The translations under genes were made by a program, and so were the position numbers. A stretch of 64,000 nucleotides of DNA from a virus (Duplodnaviria; Caudoviricetes), in the IMG/VR virus record IMGVR_UViG_3300032018_000005, positions 239 to 64,238 of that record; one strand, given 5' to 3'. The notes under the pieces are model-generated. The model made no database searches, was not told the origin of the DNA, and saw only the letters and a list, made by a program, of their open reading frames with translations. This document shows, piece by piece, positions 40,410-50,062 of the stretch. Every line of letters begins with the position of its first letter. Within the stretch, counting starts at the first letter, position 1.

Positions 40410-40672
40410 ATGAGTTACACACTGACAGAAACAGGCAAGACGCTGACCGAAACGCGAGAAGGCGTAACGATGCCAGCTGATTATAGCTTTGCGAACGTGA
40501 ACGAGTTTGTGCATGGGTGGGGGACACGCATTACGAAGATTTGCAGTATCTGTGCCTCGGCATGGTGACCCACATTGAGAAGATGCAACGTGGGGAATTT
40601 ATATGCCAGAAATGTGGGCTGAGAAAAGACAGCGTGCATGATGGTGATTTTTATGTTTATCAAGAAGATTGA
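40410..40672 (+). pseudogene. Frameshifted cassette-like ORF
   Basis: First frame stops at 40568; a second frame continues HYEDLQYLCLG...GEFICQKCGLRKD to 40672. Confidence 0.5.
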
Positions 40673-40682
40673 GGCAAGACTG

Positions 40683-41549
40683 ATGAAGATTAGAGCATAT
40701 TCTGATATGCATTTGGATCATTATGCATATGCGTTCACCCAAACAAGAAAGATAAACCTAGGAGAAATGATTCGGCCAAATTTTTGGTATCCAGAAATCC
40801 TTCCTGATGAAAAGGATACTATTCTTATCCTTGCAGGAGACCTTTGGATTGGTACTAAGTTCATAGAATTCGCTGGCTTCTCGTGGATTCAAGAAATGAG
40901 CAATAGATTTAAACAAGTATTAATAGTCCTTGGAAACCACGACTATTGGCCTCAAGGCGATCTATCTATTTTAAACGGAGCTGACAAATGCAATGGTCTC
41001 CTCCAAGATATGTGTATTTTTAATGTCCAAGTATTAGATTGTGATACTGTGGAAATTGATGATGTGTTATTTATTGGTGCGACCCTTTGGACTGATATGT
41101 ATAAATCTGATCCACTGTCTATGCATAATATGCCTCAATTTATGAATTATGATGGTAAAATTGCGTATTCTACTGGAGCAAATGGCGCATGGGAAAGATT
41201 CACAAGTATTAAATGGGTATCAATTCATTGTAGACACCGTGACTATATTCGATTAGTGTCAGAACAGAATCCGAATAAGAAGATAGTGGTTGTGACACAT
41301 CATATTCCATTGAGATTTTTGGGAGACCCACTATATGCAAATGACAATACTACTTCGTATTATGTTAGTGATTTATCTGAATTGATTTTGGATAATCCAC
41401 AGATTAAATTATGGGTGTGTGGACATTCTCATGTCGATAATGACGAAATGTTTGGTGAGTGTCGCATGTATATGAATCCGGTTGGATATCAAGGAGAATA
41501 TAGAGAACAAAATAATTTAGTAAAACATGAAATATTGGAATTGACATGA
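40683..41549 (+). CDS. Metallophosphoesterase
   Basis: SDMHLD, AGD, GNHD, THH, GHSH. Confidence 0.88.
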   Translation: MKIRAYSDMHLDHYAYAFTQTRKINLGEMIRPNFWYPEILPDEKDTILILAGDLWIGTKFIEFAGFSWIQEMSNRFKQVLIVLGNHDYWPQGDLSILNGADKCNGLLQDMCIFNVQVLDCDTVEIDDVLFIGATLWTDMYKSDPLSMHNMPQFMNYDGKIAYSTGANGAWERFTSIKWVSIHCRHRDYIRLVSEQNPNKKIVVVTHHIPLRFLGDPLYANDNTTSYYVSDLSELILDNPQIKLWVCGHSHVDNDEMFGECRMYMNPVGYQGEYREQNNLVKHEILELT

Positions 41550-42046
41550 AGTCTGTTATCTACCTAGATATGGATGGCGTCCTGGCAGACTTCGAAGGTT
41601 GGGCCAATAATGAATTTAGTGATTGGAAGGCTGAAATTAATAAACCTGGATGGGGGGCATTCGATAATTGCCAAAATTTATTTCTTGAATTGCCCCTCAT
41701 GTGTGGTGCGTTGGAATTATATGATGCATGTGTTAATATTACGCAAGATATTAACCAAGTACAAATTTTAACAGCGTTACCAAAAAGTGGAATCATTCCA
41801 CTTGCGGCGCAACATAAAATCGAATGGGCTAGAAAGAATATACACCCAAACATCAGAGTAAATTTCGGGCCACATGCTCAACATAAACAATATCACCAGA
41901 GACATGAAGACGATTTGTTGATTGATGATATGGAAATTAATATTTCTCAGTGGCTCGGTGTAGGTGGATATGGTATTTTGCATACAGATTGGTATAGTAC
42001 ACAGAAACAATTATATAAGTATGAAAATAAAACTAGGAGATTATAA
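41546..42046 (+). CDS. HAD-family 5'(3')-deoxyribonucleotidase
   Basis: YLDMDGVLADF, LTA, LIDD. Confidence 0.85.
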   Translation: MKSVIYLDMDGVLADFEGWANNEFSDWKAEINKPGWGAFDNCQNLFLELPLMCGALELYDACVNITQDINQVQILTALPKSGIIPLAAQHKIEWARKNIHPNIRVNFGPHAQHKQYHQRHEDDLLIDDMEINISQWLGVGGYGILHTDWYSTQKQLYKYENKTRRL

Positions 42047-42717
42047 TGAATATTGAGAAAATGCTTTTATTGCATACCGAATTTGCCCGTATATGTGCGA
42101 TGGCTAAAGAGAAAAATGTGCCAATATCACGGTTATGCCGCTGGCGCAAAGAGGCATTAGATGTTTGGCAAGAAAAAGTTACTGATATCGGCAACTTTTT
42201 CCATATTGATGAGACGGTGTATGCATTCGCGGTTAATGTTTTGAATGATAACCCATTATTCCCTGGGGACGAATTATTTTCTCCTTTGGTATCTGATGTA
42301 TCTAGGCGGCTTATTGTCGCTGAAAAACAAACTGCTCCTAGTCATGTGACAATGACAGATGGTGGAATGTTTAGATTAGAAAATCTCACTTGGGAGAGAC
42401 TGCTACCAAAAGTCCCAGCAGGATTCTATCTATGGGAAGGGGTATTACCTAAAAACGTTAATTCTCTCAATGATCTTGAGTTGTTATACCACGGCGATAA
42501 AATATTTGCATATACGCAGTTGCCGAAGAAAAGTCACCTTAAAATACTCAATTCTGTTAATGGTACACAAGTGTACTGTGATGAATTTGAGATTTGTTAT
42601 AATGTTGGTCTGTGTCTTTGGGAGGTATATATGTATTACAATAATACATATAAATTCATTGGTTCATATCCTTCTTTACATGAGGCAATACTACAAGGGA
42701 GAAGAATCTGTGAGTAA
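42046..42717 (+). CDS. Hypothetical protein
   Basis: AGGAG RBS; translationally coupled. Confidence 0.65.
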   Translation: MNIEKMLLLHTEFARICAMAKEKNVPISRLCRWRKEALDVWQEKVTDIGNFFHIDETVYAFAVNVLNDNPLFPGDELFSPLVSDVSRRLIVAEKQTAPSHVTMTDGGMFRLENLTWERLLPKVPAGFYLWEGVLPKNVNSLNDLELLYHGDKIFAYTQLPKKSHLKILNSVNGTQVYCDEFEICYNVGLCLWEVYMYYNNTYKFIGSYPSLHEAILQGRRICE

Positions 42718-43252
42718 TGATTTGGCGATATTCAATAGGCAACATATAATGATTGATATAGAGACCATTTCGACTGCACCCAATGCGGCTATTCTATCAA
42801 TCGGTGCTGTTAAGTTCACATTTGAAAATGGTCTAGGCGATGAATTCCTTGTCAACATTGACCCGAAATCATCAGTATCGAGAGGATTACATGTCGATAA
42901 GGATACGGTTGAATGGTGGAAAACTCAACCAAAAGAAGCAAGAGACGCATGGAAGATAGACCCACAACCATTAGAGGTTGCCATTAATAGATTGATTGAT
43001 TTCGTTGGTAAAGATAAAAAGCAATTGCTTTGGTGCCAGGGATTATCATTTGACTTCCCAATTATCAAATCGTCATGCAAATCGTGTGATATTGCATGGC
43101 CAACACCATATTGGCAAGAAATGGATTCCCGTACTATTTTCACTTTGCTTGGCATCCGCAATGATAAAATCAGAAAGACACAAGACGGCAATCATACTGC
43201 ATTGGCAGACGCAAAATCACAGACGTTGAGTTTAATAAAAGCATTTACGTAG
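42710..43252 (+). CDS. DEDD 3'-5' exonuclease (DexA-like)
   Basis: MIDIET, ILSIGAV, FDFPI, HTALADA. Confidence 0.85.
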   Translation: MSNDLAIFNRQHIMIDIETISTAPNAAILSIGAVKFTFENGLGDEFLVNIDPKSSVSRGLHVDKDTVEWWKTQPKEARDAWKIDPQPLEVAINRLIDFVGKDKKQLLWCQGLSFDFPIIKSSCKSCDIAWPTPYWQEMDSRTIFTLLGIRNDKIRKTQDGNHTALADAKSQTLSLIKAFT

Positions 43253-43310
43253 GGTATTTGACTGGTGGTATTCCTACCAGTATAATTATCATATTACATA
43301 AAGGAACCAC

Positions 43311-43976
43311 ATGAAAACAGATAAAGAATTGGGCAAAAAAATACATAATTATTTGATATCTTTAGGAATAGAAACACCTATGGATAAAAAATCGACATAT
43401 CCTGTTGATGATGATTATAAAATAGGACAAATAACACATCATATTAGTAAGATTATGGGCGTTTTAGAATTGGACTTGTCTGATGATTCTTTGAGTGATA
43501 CTCCAAATAGAGTGGCGAAAATGTACGTGAATGAGATATATCGTGGACTCAATTATAACAATTTCCCTAAAATAACTACCATCGAAAATAAAATGGATGC
43601 TGGTATGGTCGTAGAAAAGAACATAAAATCAATGAGTTCCTGTGAACATCATCTAATCACAATAGATGGTTCTGCATGTGTTGCATATATTCCAAACAAA
43701 AAAGTTATTGGTCTTAGTAAATTAAATCGTATAGTGGACTTTTTCTCTCGTAGACCACAAGTTCAAGAAAGATTAACTAATCAGATTTGGTACACTCTTT
43801 CATATCTTCTCGGCACAGAAGATATAGCTGTATATTTGGATGCTGTCCATTACTGCGTTCGTTCTCGTGGGATAGAAGATGCTAATAGTTCAACCATAAC
43901 AAATAAATTGGGTGGGTCATTTAAAACAGATCCTGCATGCCGAGCAGAATTTATGTCTATTGCGAGGTCAATGTAA
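43311..43976 (+). CDS. folE: GTP cyclohydrolase I
   Basis: TPNRVAKM, CEHH, IGLSKLNR, QVQERLT, HYCVRSRG. Confidence 0.95.
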   Translation: MKTDKELGKKIHNYLISLGIETPMDKKSTYPVDDDYKIGQITHHISKIMGVLELDLSDDSLSDTPNRVAKMYVNEIYRGLNYNNFPKITTIENKMDAGMVVEKNIKSMSSCEHHLITIDGSACVAYIPNKKVIGLSKLNRIVDFFSRRPQVQERLTNQIWYTLSYLLGTEDIAVYLDAVHYCVRSRGIEDANSSTITNKLGGSFKTDPACRAEFMSIARSM

Positions 43977-45142
43977 TGAAGCCTCCAATTTATTTCCCGG
44001 CAATTTCTTGTACAACTACCGGATATCTTACCGATGCTGATGATATTCTTATTGGTGGTGTAAATAGACCATGTTCACCAAGGTTTTTTAACTCCAATGA
44101 AGAATCATATTATAAACACCCATATCTTTTGATATCTGCTGCGCATCATTTCAAGAAATGTCCTAATATCAGGGAAGAACTTCGTATTAGCAAAGACACA
44201 AAAGTGTTTATAGATTCTGGTGGACATCAATTGGCGACCGGTGTTGTGTCTCATAAAAATTACAATAGCAAAATTGCATTGGAGTGGTCAGAGAAAAACG
44301 GTGATATTTTTCCTATTTTAGACCACCCAGTTACTCCTGGATGTAATGTACAAGAACGATTGGAAATATCTGGGAAATCCGCCACATATTATTCTGATAA
44401 TAGAAGCGTAAAAGGAACACAAATTTTAAATGTGGTATCATCGTCAAATATTGGGGGGAGTGAAGTTTGGTATGATGGTATGAAGCATTTCCCTCTTGAT
44501 GGTTGGGCGCATGGTGGACATCGAGGAAATATAACTCCTATTATACAAACGTTTCTTCATCTTGGAAATAATGGTGAATTTAATCGTGGATATACCGTAC
44601 CATATCATATTTTTGGTGTATCTTCACAGATTGCATTTATCTATTTTGCGGTGATGCAATTAGAAGCAAATAGATTGGGTTGGGATGTTCAGATAATGAG
44701 CGATAGTTCATCATTCCAGATTACCTTAGGACACGGTGGCTTTATGTTGTTTGCTTCTTATACAGGTATTCAAGCTATCAGGATGTCAAACAAATTCGAC
44801 TATACTAAATTGACATCGGGTGCCAAATTACCTTGCGATTGTAAGGTATGCGAAGGTGTAACAGATATAGCAGCATTCGTGAATGATCCCAAACAATTTT
44901 ATTTGCTTGGTGCTATTCATAATTTAGCAGTTGTCTTGCGTTATAAAAAGGCAATTGATAATATGATTACATGTGGGGTATATGAAATCGCAGAAGAATC
45001 GTTCCCTGCGGCGATAGTATCTAACATCAAAGCAATAAAGGAAGCAATGAAAGACCCTATTAAAGGGATAGCCCTTATTGGATATACATTTAAGCATAAA
45101 GATATTGTCGATAATGCAAATTCGTTAGAAGGATTTTTTTGA
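43976..45142 (+). CDS. dpdA: TGT-family DNA-guanine transglycosylase (DpdA-like)
   Basis: DSGGHQ, ILD, HIFG, DSSS and CxCxxC...HN zinc site; adjacent to folE. Confidence 0.75.
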   Translation: MKPPIYFPAISCTTTGYLTDADDILIGGVNRPCSPRFFNSNEESYYKHPYLLISAAHHFKKCPNIREELRISKDTKVFIDSGGHQLATGVVSHKNYNSKIALEWSEKNGDIFPILDHPVTPGCNVQERLEISGKSATYYSDNRSVKGTQILNVVSSSNIGGSEVWYDGMKHFPLDGWAHGGHRGNITPIIQTFLHLGNNGEFNRGYTVPYHIFGVSSQIAFIYFAVMQLEANRLGWDVQIMSDSSSFQITLGHGGFMLFASYTGIQAIRMSNKFDYTKLTSGAKLPCDCKVCEGVTDIAAFVNDPKQFYLLGAIHNLAVVLRYKKAIDNMITCGVYEIAEESFPAAIVSNIKAIKEAMKDPIKGIALIGYTFKHKDIVDNANSLEGFF

Positions 45143-45496
45143 ATGAAGAAACAAATATTCGTTAGATTTGAGTTTGAAGGGTTTCACAAATATCCAAATG
45201 CCCCAGAAGAAGTATCCTTTCTTAGGAATTTGCATCGGCATATTTTCAAGTGTAAAGTGACTGTAGATGTTTTTCACGATGATAGAGAACTTGAGTTTTT
45301 TATGGTTAAGCATTATCTTGAGAGCAAATTTAAAAGTGGGGAGGATGTTAACAACAAATCCTGTGAAATGATATGCTCTGATATCTATGATGCGATGAAG
45401 AAATATGGAGACCCATATTATGGCCACGCAAGAGAAATAGAAATAGAAGTATCTGAGGACGACGAAAATGGCGCAATTATGAGATCAACAATATGA
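45143..45496 (+). CDS. dpdL: QueD-like T-fold protein, DpdL-like (putative CDG decarboxylase)
   Basis: LRNLHRHIF matches LxxxHRHxF; EGFH, SCEMI, VSEDDENGA. Confidence 0.65.
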   Translation: MKKQIFVRFEFEGFHKYPNAPEEVSFLRNLHRHIFKCKVTVDVFHDDRELEFFMVKHYLESKFKSGEDVNNKSCEMICSDIYDAMKKYGDPYYGHAREIEIEVSEDDENGAIMRSTI

Positions 45497-46569
45497 AGAA
45501 TATAATCATTTTTTCTCTTGAGCCAATAGACACAAGATATACAGGAGAATGGCATAAACATATCCCAGGTTTATTGGATTACTCTTGTGCTGACAGATAT
45601 AATATTGTACAGATAGATGGAGATACTAATAGCGGTGCCACGACTGAAGGTGCATTTTTAGATTTTATCTCGACCAATCAATGGAAGAACGAGCAGGCGA
45701 ATAAATTCTTTGAAATGGTCAAACAAGGTAAAGTTGGACGTGATGATATTCTTCTATTTCCTGATGGGTGGAATCCAATAATCACTGAAATAAAATATGT
45801 TAGCGATTTAATGGATATGCAATGGAAAATCCATGCTTTGTTTCATGCTGGCAGTTGGGACGAGAATGATTTTTTAGGTAGAATAATTGGGGCAAAAGAT
45901 TGGGTTAGAGACTTTGAAAAATCTTTATATTGGGCCATAGATTATTGTTATTTTGCAACATACTACCATGCTAATTTGTTTTTCAATGCGCTATTTAATC
46001 GTGATATAGATTCCTTTGATGAAAAGATAATCGTTACTGGTTGGCCAATGGAATATGTGCATGAAATGCTAGAACCATATACCAATATTGTTAAGGAGAA
46101 TTTGATTGTCTTTCCTCATAGAATAGCACCAGAAAAACAAGTAGCTATTTTTAGAGATTTAGCAGATTCTTTACCAGAATATGAATTTGTAGTATGCCAA
46201 GACACGAAATTAACTAAGGCAGAATATCATACATTGTTAGCTAAGGCTAAAATCGTATTCAGCGCCTCACTGCAAGAAACCCTTGGTATCGGTTGTTATG
46301 AAGGGGCTGTTCTTGGAGCATTTCCGCTTGTGCCTGATAGGCTGTCATACCAAGAAATGTATTCTGATGAGGTTAAATATCCTAGTGAATGGACAGAGTC
46401 ATGGGAATTGTATTTGGTATATAAAGAGGATTTGATAAACAGAATCAGATTTGAAATGGCTTCCTTTTATAATTCGACAGACATAATTAACCAGCAGGTA
46501 CATAGATTAGAAAATGTTTTTTTTAATTCAGACGTATTAATTACAAATATAATAACATCAGATGAATGA
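45493..46569 (+). CDS. GT-B glycosyltransferase
   Basis: FPHRIAPEKQ...QETLGIGCYEG...VPDRLSY (Ex7E). Confidence 0.75.
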   Translation: MKNIIIFSLEPIDTRYTGEWHKHIPGLLDYSCADRYNIVQIDGDTNSGATTEGAFLDFISTNQWKNEQANKFFEMVKQGKVGRDDILLFPDGWNPIITEIKYVSDLMDMQWKIHALFHAGSWDENDFLGRIIGAKDWVRDFEKSLYWAIDYCYFATYYHANLFFNALFNRDIDSFDEKIIVTGWPMEYVHEMLEPYTNIVKENLIVFPHRIAPEKQVAIFRDLADSLPEYEFVVCQDTKLTKAEYHTLLAKAKIVFSASLQETLGIGCYEGAVLGAFPLVPDRLSYQEMYSDEVKYPSEWTESWELYLVYKEDLINRIRFEMASFYNSTDIINQQVHRLENVFFNSDVLITNIITSDE

Positions 46570-47539
46570 CCATTATTTTAAAGATCCAAATGTCATGGAA
46601 TTTATGCGAGACATGGAAAGTGTCCCATATATTTCCAAGATAGAATTGACAGAAGATTGCCAGTTATCTTGCCCAGGTTGTCCTACCGGTAAAATAACAC
46701 CAAATGGCAAATCTGATATATCGTTATCGTTACTCCAGAAGATAGTAGATAATAATTGGTTACGGAATACTCCTTATGTCGAATTGATGATGTCTGGTGA
46801 GCCTACTCTACATAAGAATTTTGCGGCCGCCATTGACATTATTAAATCCTCAGGAGTTATGGTTGGTTTGTCAACCAATCTTGTCGATAGGAAGAAAATA
46901 CCAACATTAGCTAAACTCGATTCCATAACGGTATCCATGGATGTGTTTAATAAAGAAGGGTATGAGCTTTCACGACCACCAATGAAATTCGATAGGCTAA
47001 TAGATAATATTAGAGAACTTGTTAATAGTTGTCCTTCTAGCACCATGATTTATTTGCAACTTTTACGCACAGAATTCACGGAAAAGTATTTTCTTGCATC
47101 TATCTCTGATGCCAAGAAATTTGTAGAGGAATTGAACTTAGCCTCTATCAATGCTGGCAGGAAACCTAATGTTGTATTGCGGTATGTATCAGATTGTTTC
47201 AGTGAAGTGATGGGTAGAAGCGTAATATCAATGTCAAGTAAGATGTGTACTACACCTTTCACCTCAGTTGTTATTAAATCTTCTGGTACAGTTCTCCAAT
47301 GCGGGTTTTGTTTTACTGGAAAAGAAGAAGGCCTTATACTAGGCGATATCAATACTTCTACATTAGAAGAGATATGGTCAGGAGACGAAGTTAGTGCAGT
47401 AAGATTAGCACACAGGTCGCAGAAGAATTTACCACCAAGATGTGTTGCCTGTGCAGATAAGAATAGAAGCATCCATGTCTTCCAAACTAATATTACAGTG
47501 GATATTATGCGCCACCGCAATGGTATTTTAATTACATAA
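46562..47539 (+). CDS. Radical SAM / SPASM-domain protein
   Basis: CQLSCPGC, GEPTLH, C-terminal CTTPF...G.V..C...LGDI...EEIW...CxxC. Confidence 0.88.
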   Translation: MNDHYFKDPNVMEFMRDMESVPYISKIELTEDCQLSCPGCPTGKITPNGKSDISLSLLQKIVDNNWLRNTPYVELMMSGEPTLHKNFAAAIDIIKSSGVMVGLSTNLVDRKKIPTLAKLDSITVSMDVFNKEGYELSRPPMKFDRLIDNIRELVNSCPSSTMIYLQLLRTEFTEKYFLASISDAKKFVEELNLASINAGRKPNVVLRYVSDCFSEVMGRSVISMSSKMCTTPFTSVVIKSSGTVLQCGFCFTGKEEGLILGDINTSTLEEIWSGDEVSAVRLAHRSQKNLPPRCVACADKNRSIHVFQTNITVDIMRHRNGILIT

Positions 47540-47766
47540 TGAAAGGAAATAAAATGGAACACAAAGTTAATGAAAGTCGTGGATTGCATGAGTTTGTTCG
47601 AGTAGGTCGTCCGGACGTGTTGTTTGATTGTCGTACAAAATATTCAATTGATAAAAAAGAATTCGAGAAATCAATGAATGATCGTAAACGTATTGCTTTT
47701 GATGATACTCATACCGAAGTTATTGGTGGGTTTGCAATTACTGAACAATTATCTCCGGAAGTATAA
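47539..47766 (+). CDS. Hypothetical protein
   Basis: Translationally coupled ORF. Confidence 0.55.
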   Translation: MKGNKMEHKVNESRGLHEFVRVGRPDVLFDCRTKYSIDKKEFEKSMNDRKRIAFDDTHTEVIGGFAITEQLSPEV

Positions 47767-47831
47767 TTTGACATTTAATTCTTCTTCTGTATAATTCAAA
47801 TCATCGAAACATAATTAAACAGGAGAAGAAA

Positions 47832-48053
47832 ATGCGTATCAAAATGCTTCCAGTAAATTCAGTAGCAATCAAGTCTATCGGATATCTTGCTGATAGTGGT
47901 CGATTGGGTGTTCGTTTTTATAATGGTAAACGATACACGTTCATCAACGTACCAGAGAAAACGGCTAATGAGTTTTTCAATGCGGCTTCTGTTGGTGCTT
48001 ATTTCGTAAAGAATATCAAAAATAAGTTTACTTTACTCAGAAAAGACTTATAA
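47832..48053 (+). CDS. KTSC-domain protein
   Basis: VNSVAIKSIGY...F..G.RY....VP......F.NAASVG.YF. Confidence 0.85.
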   Translation: MRIKMLPVNSVAIKSIGYLADSGRLGVRFYNGKRYTFINVPEKTANEFFNAASVGAYFVKNIKNKFTLLRKDL

Positions 48054-48278
48054 TTGACTTCTTAAGAAAACGATTGCAACATATTTAGGAGATTATGATG
48101 AATGCTAATAGTGTTTATAATGATATTGTAACAGAATTGTCATCAATGAATGTCCTGGAGTTGTTCAATGTCGCCGAATCTGAATTTTTGTTGCAAAATT
48201 TCGACCACATGAGCGATTTGGAAATCATTCATACTTGTGCTTTGATTGAATCAAACAACTTTTGCAGTTGAGAATATT

Positions 48279-48641
48279 ATGCGCAAAGAAATGATAGAGA
48301 TAATCCGTGAGACAGACGACGGATATGAGATAGTAACAAATAGACAAGTTATTAGGATGGGTATCGACCAAAATCGGCGTTGTTGTGAGGATTTTGGGTA
48401 TTTAATGTCCAATGACAATATTAGCGAATTTGAGGGACATTATCTCATTGATATAAAGGTAGTAGATGAATTTTTAAATGTAAAAGACATCAAGCATTAT
48501 GTTAATGCAAATACTATGTTCGTTAATTTCGAGACATCTAATGGTACTCTGCAATTCGTATCATATAATGAGCATAATGGATATTATGCTCATGCGGCAT
48601 ATATCTGCTGCTTGGCGTTCAATGAACATACTTTTTTGTGA
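48279..48641 (+). CDS. Hypothetical protein
   Basis: CCE...YNEHNGYY motif ORF. Confidence 0.65.
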   Translation: MRKEMIEIIRETDDGYEIVTNRQVIRMGIDQNRRCCEDFGYLMSNDNISEFEGHYLIDIKVVDEFLNVKDIKHYVNANTMFVNFETSNGTLQFVSYNEHNGYYAHAAYICCLAFNEHTFL

Positions 48642-48648
48642 GTGAAAC

Positions 48649-49776
48649 ATGTTTGAAATACAAAAGATATATAAGTTTTATCATTGTACCGATTCAACAA
48701 TCCATACCCCGTTTATTGATGCATTGCAGCAGTTGGGTATTGATGTGAAAGATTACCCTGAACATAAGATGTGGCTTTTGGATTATAACCAAATCACATG
48801 CATAAAGAATCATCCAGTAGTAAATGAATGCCGTGGTCTTCTTATGGGGTATGATGGTACTATTATTCGTAAGGGATTCGATAGGTTCTATAATTTGGGC
48901 GAAAATGGAGTATCAGAATTTGATTTTGAAAACTCTGTAGCATTTGAAAAGGCAGATGGTTCCCTTATGTTTGTATACTGGTGCCCACCAACTAATCGTT
49001 GGGAAATTGGCACTCGTGGGACAGCATTCGCGGAAGGACCAAACGAATTCCACGGAACATTCCGTAAGTTTATGCTTTCTGCTATGGGTCGTTCAGAAGA
49101 TCAATTCCAACTTGATTGTTTTGGTATGGATAGAGGTGTAACTCGCTTATATGAAGCCACGGGGCCTGATAATAGGATAGTGACTCCATATAAAGAAAAT
49201 GGGCTAGTCGCGTTGTCTTATGTTAATAATAAGACAGGTGAAGAAGTTGTTGCTCCAGCTGCCACATTTGAAAAGAAAGCATGTGGGTGGAATGTGCGTG
49301 AAGTTCGACAATATAAATTCAACACAAAAGAAGATTGTATGATTGCGTTAGCTGAATTGACTGGTCTTGAAGAAGGATATGTTGTCAGGAATACGAAAAC
49401 CGGTGAACGGGTAAAAATCAAGAATGCAGTGTATCTGGCTGCACATCGGTTGCGTGGTAATGGATTGACTAAAAATTCTATATTCGAATTAGTTGCAATG
49501 GGTGAAGTAGATGAATATTTAGCTACATTCCCGGAGGATACTGAAAAGTTTAATGATGCTCTTATTCAATTTGCTGCCATGAAAAATGAACTTTTTATTC
49601 TGTATGAGGAATATAAAGGAATAGATAATCAAAAAGAATTTGCATTGAAAGTTAAAGATTCTCGGCTGTCTTGTGTAATGTTCAAAGCTAAAAAGAACGG
49701 TACCGCAGTTATGGCCGAATTTAATTTGTTCCCTGTAAATAAACGAGCAGAATGGATAAAAGAAATGCTAGTATGA
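48649..49776 (+). CDS. rnlA: RNA ligase 1
   Basis: ECRGL, FDRFYN, EKADGSL, EGYVV, RVKIK..Y...H. Confidence 0.88.
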   Translation: MFEIQKIYKFYHCTDSTIHTPFIDALQQLGIDVKDYPEHKMWLLDYNQITCIKNHPVVNECRGLLMGYDGTIIRKGFDRFYNLGENGVSEFDFENSVAFEKADGSLMFVYWCPPTNRWEIGTRGTAFAEGPNEFHGTFRKFMLSAMGRSEDQFQLDCFGMDRGVTRLYEATGPDNRIVTPYKENGLVALSYVNNKTGEEVVAPAATFEKKACGWNVREVRQYKFNTKEDCMIALAELTGLEEGYVVRNTKTGERVKIKNAVYLAAHRLRGNGLTKNSIFELVAMGEVDEYLATFPEDTEKFNDALIQFAAMKNELFILYEEYKGIDNQKEFALKVKDSRLSCVMFKAKKNGTAVMAEFNLFPVNKRAEWIKEMLV

Positions 49777-50003
49777 GATTTCAAAAATCAATTAATAGAC
49801 AAAGGAAGAGAATGCAGTGTAAAGAGCCGACCCATTTTCATATCGACCAATCAGGTAAGTTGGTCGGATGTTATAAAGCATGTATCAGTTTACTAACCAG
49901 TTGGCAATTTTGGATTGGTGTTACTATAAGTTTCCCATTGGAACATTTTCTTTGGGAGCATGTATGGCCATTTTACATTCTAACAAATGCATTTGGTTTA
50001 TAA
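49773..50003 (+). CDS. Small membrane protein
   Basis: Hydrophobic C-terminus. Confidence 0.5.
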   Translation: MRFQKSINRQRKRMQCKEPTHFHIDQSGKLVGCYKACISLLTSWQFWIGVTISFPLEHFLWEHVWPFYILTNAFGL

Positions 50004-50062
50004 TTTGACATTTAATTGTTGATCTGTATAATTCAATTTTGATAAATTCGACGGATTGAGAA

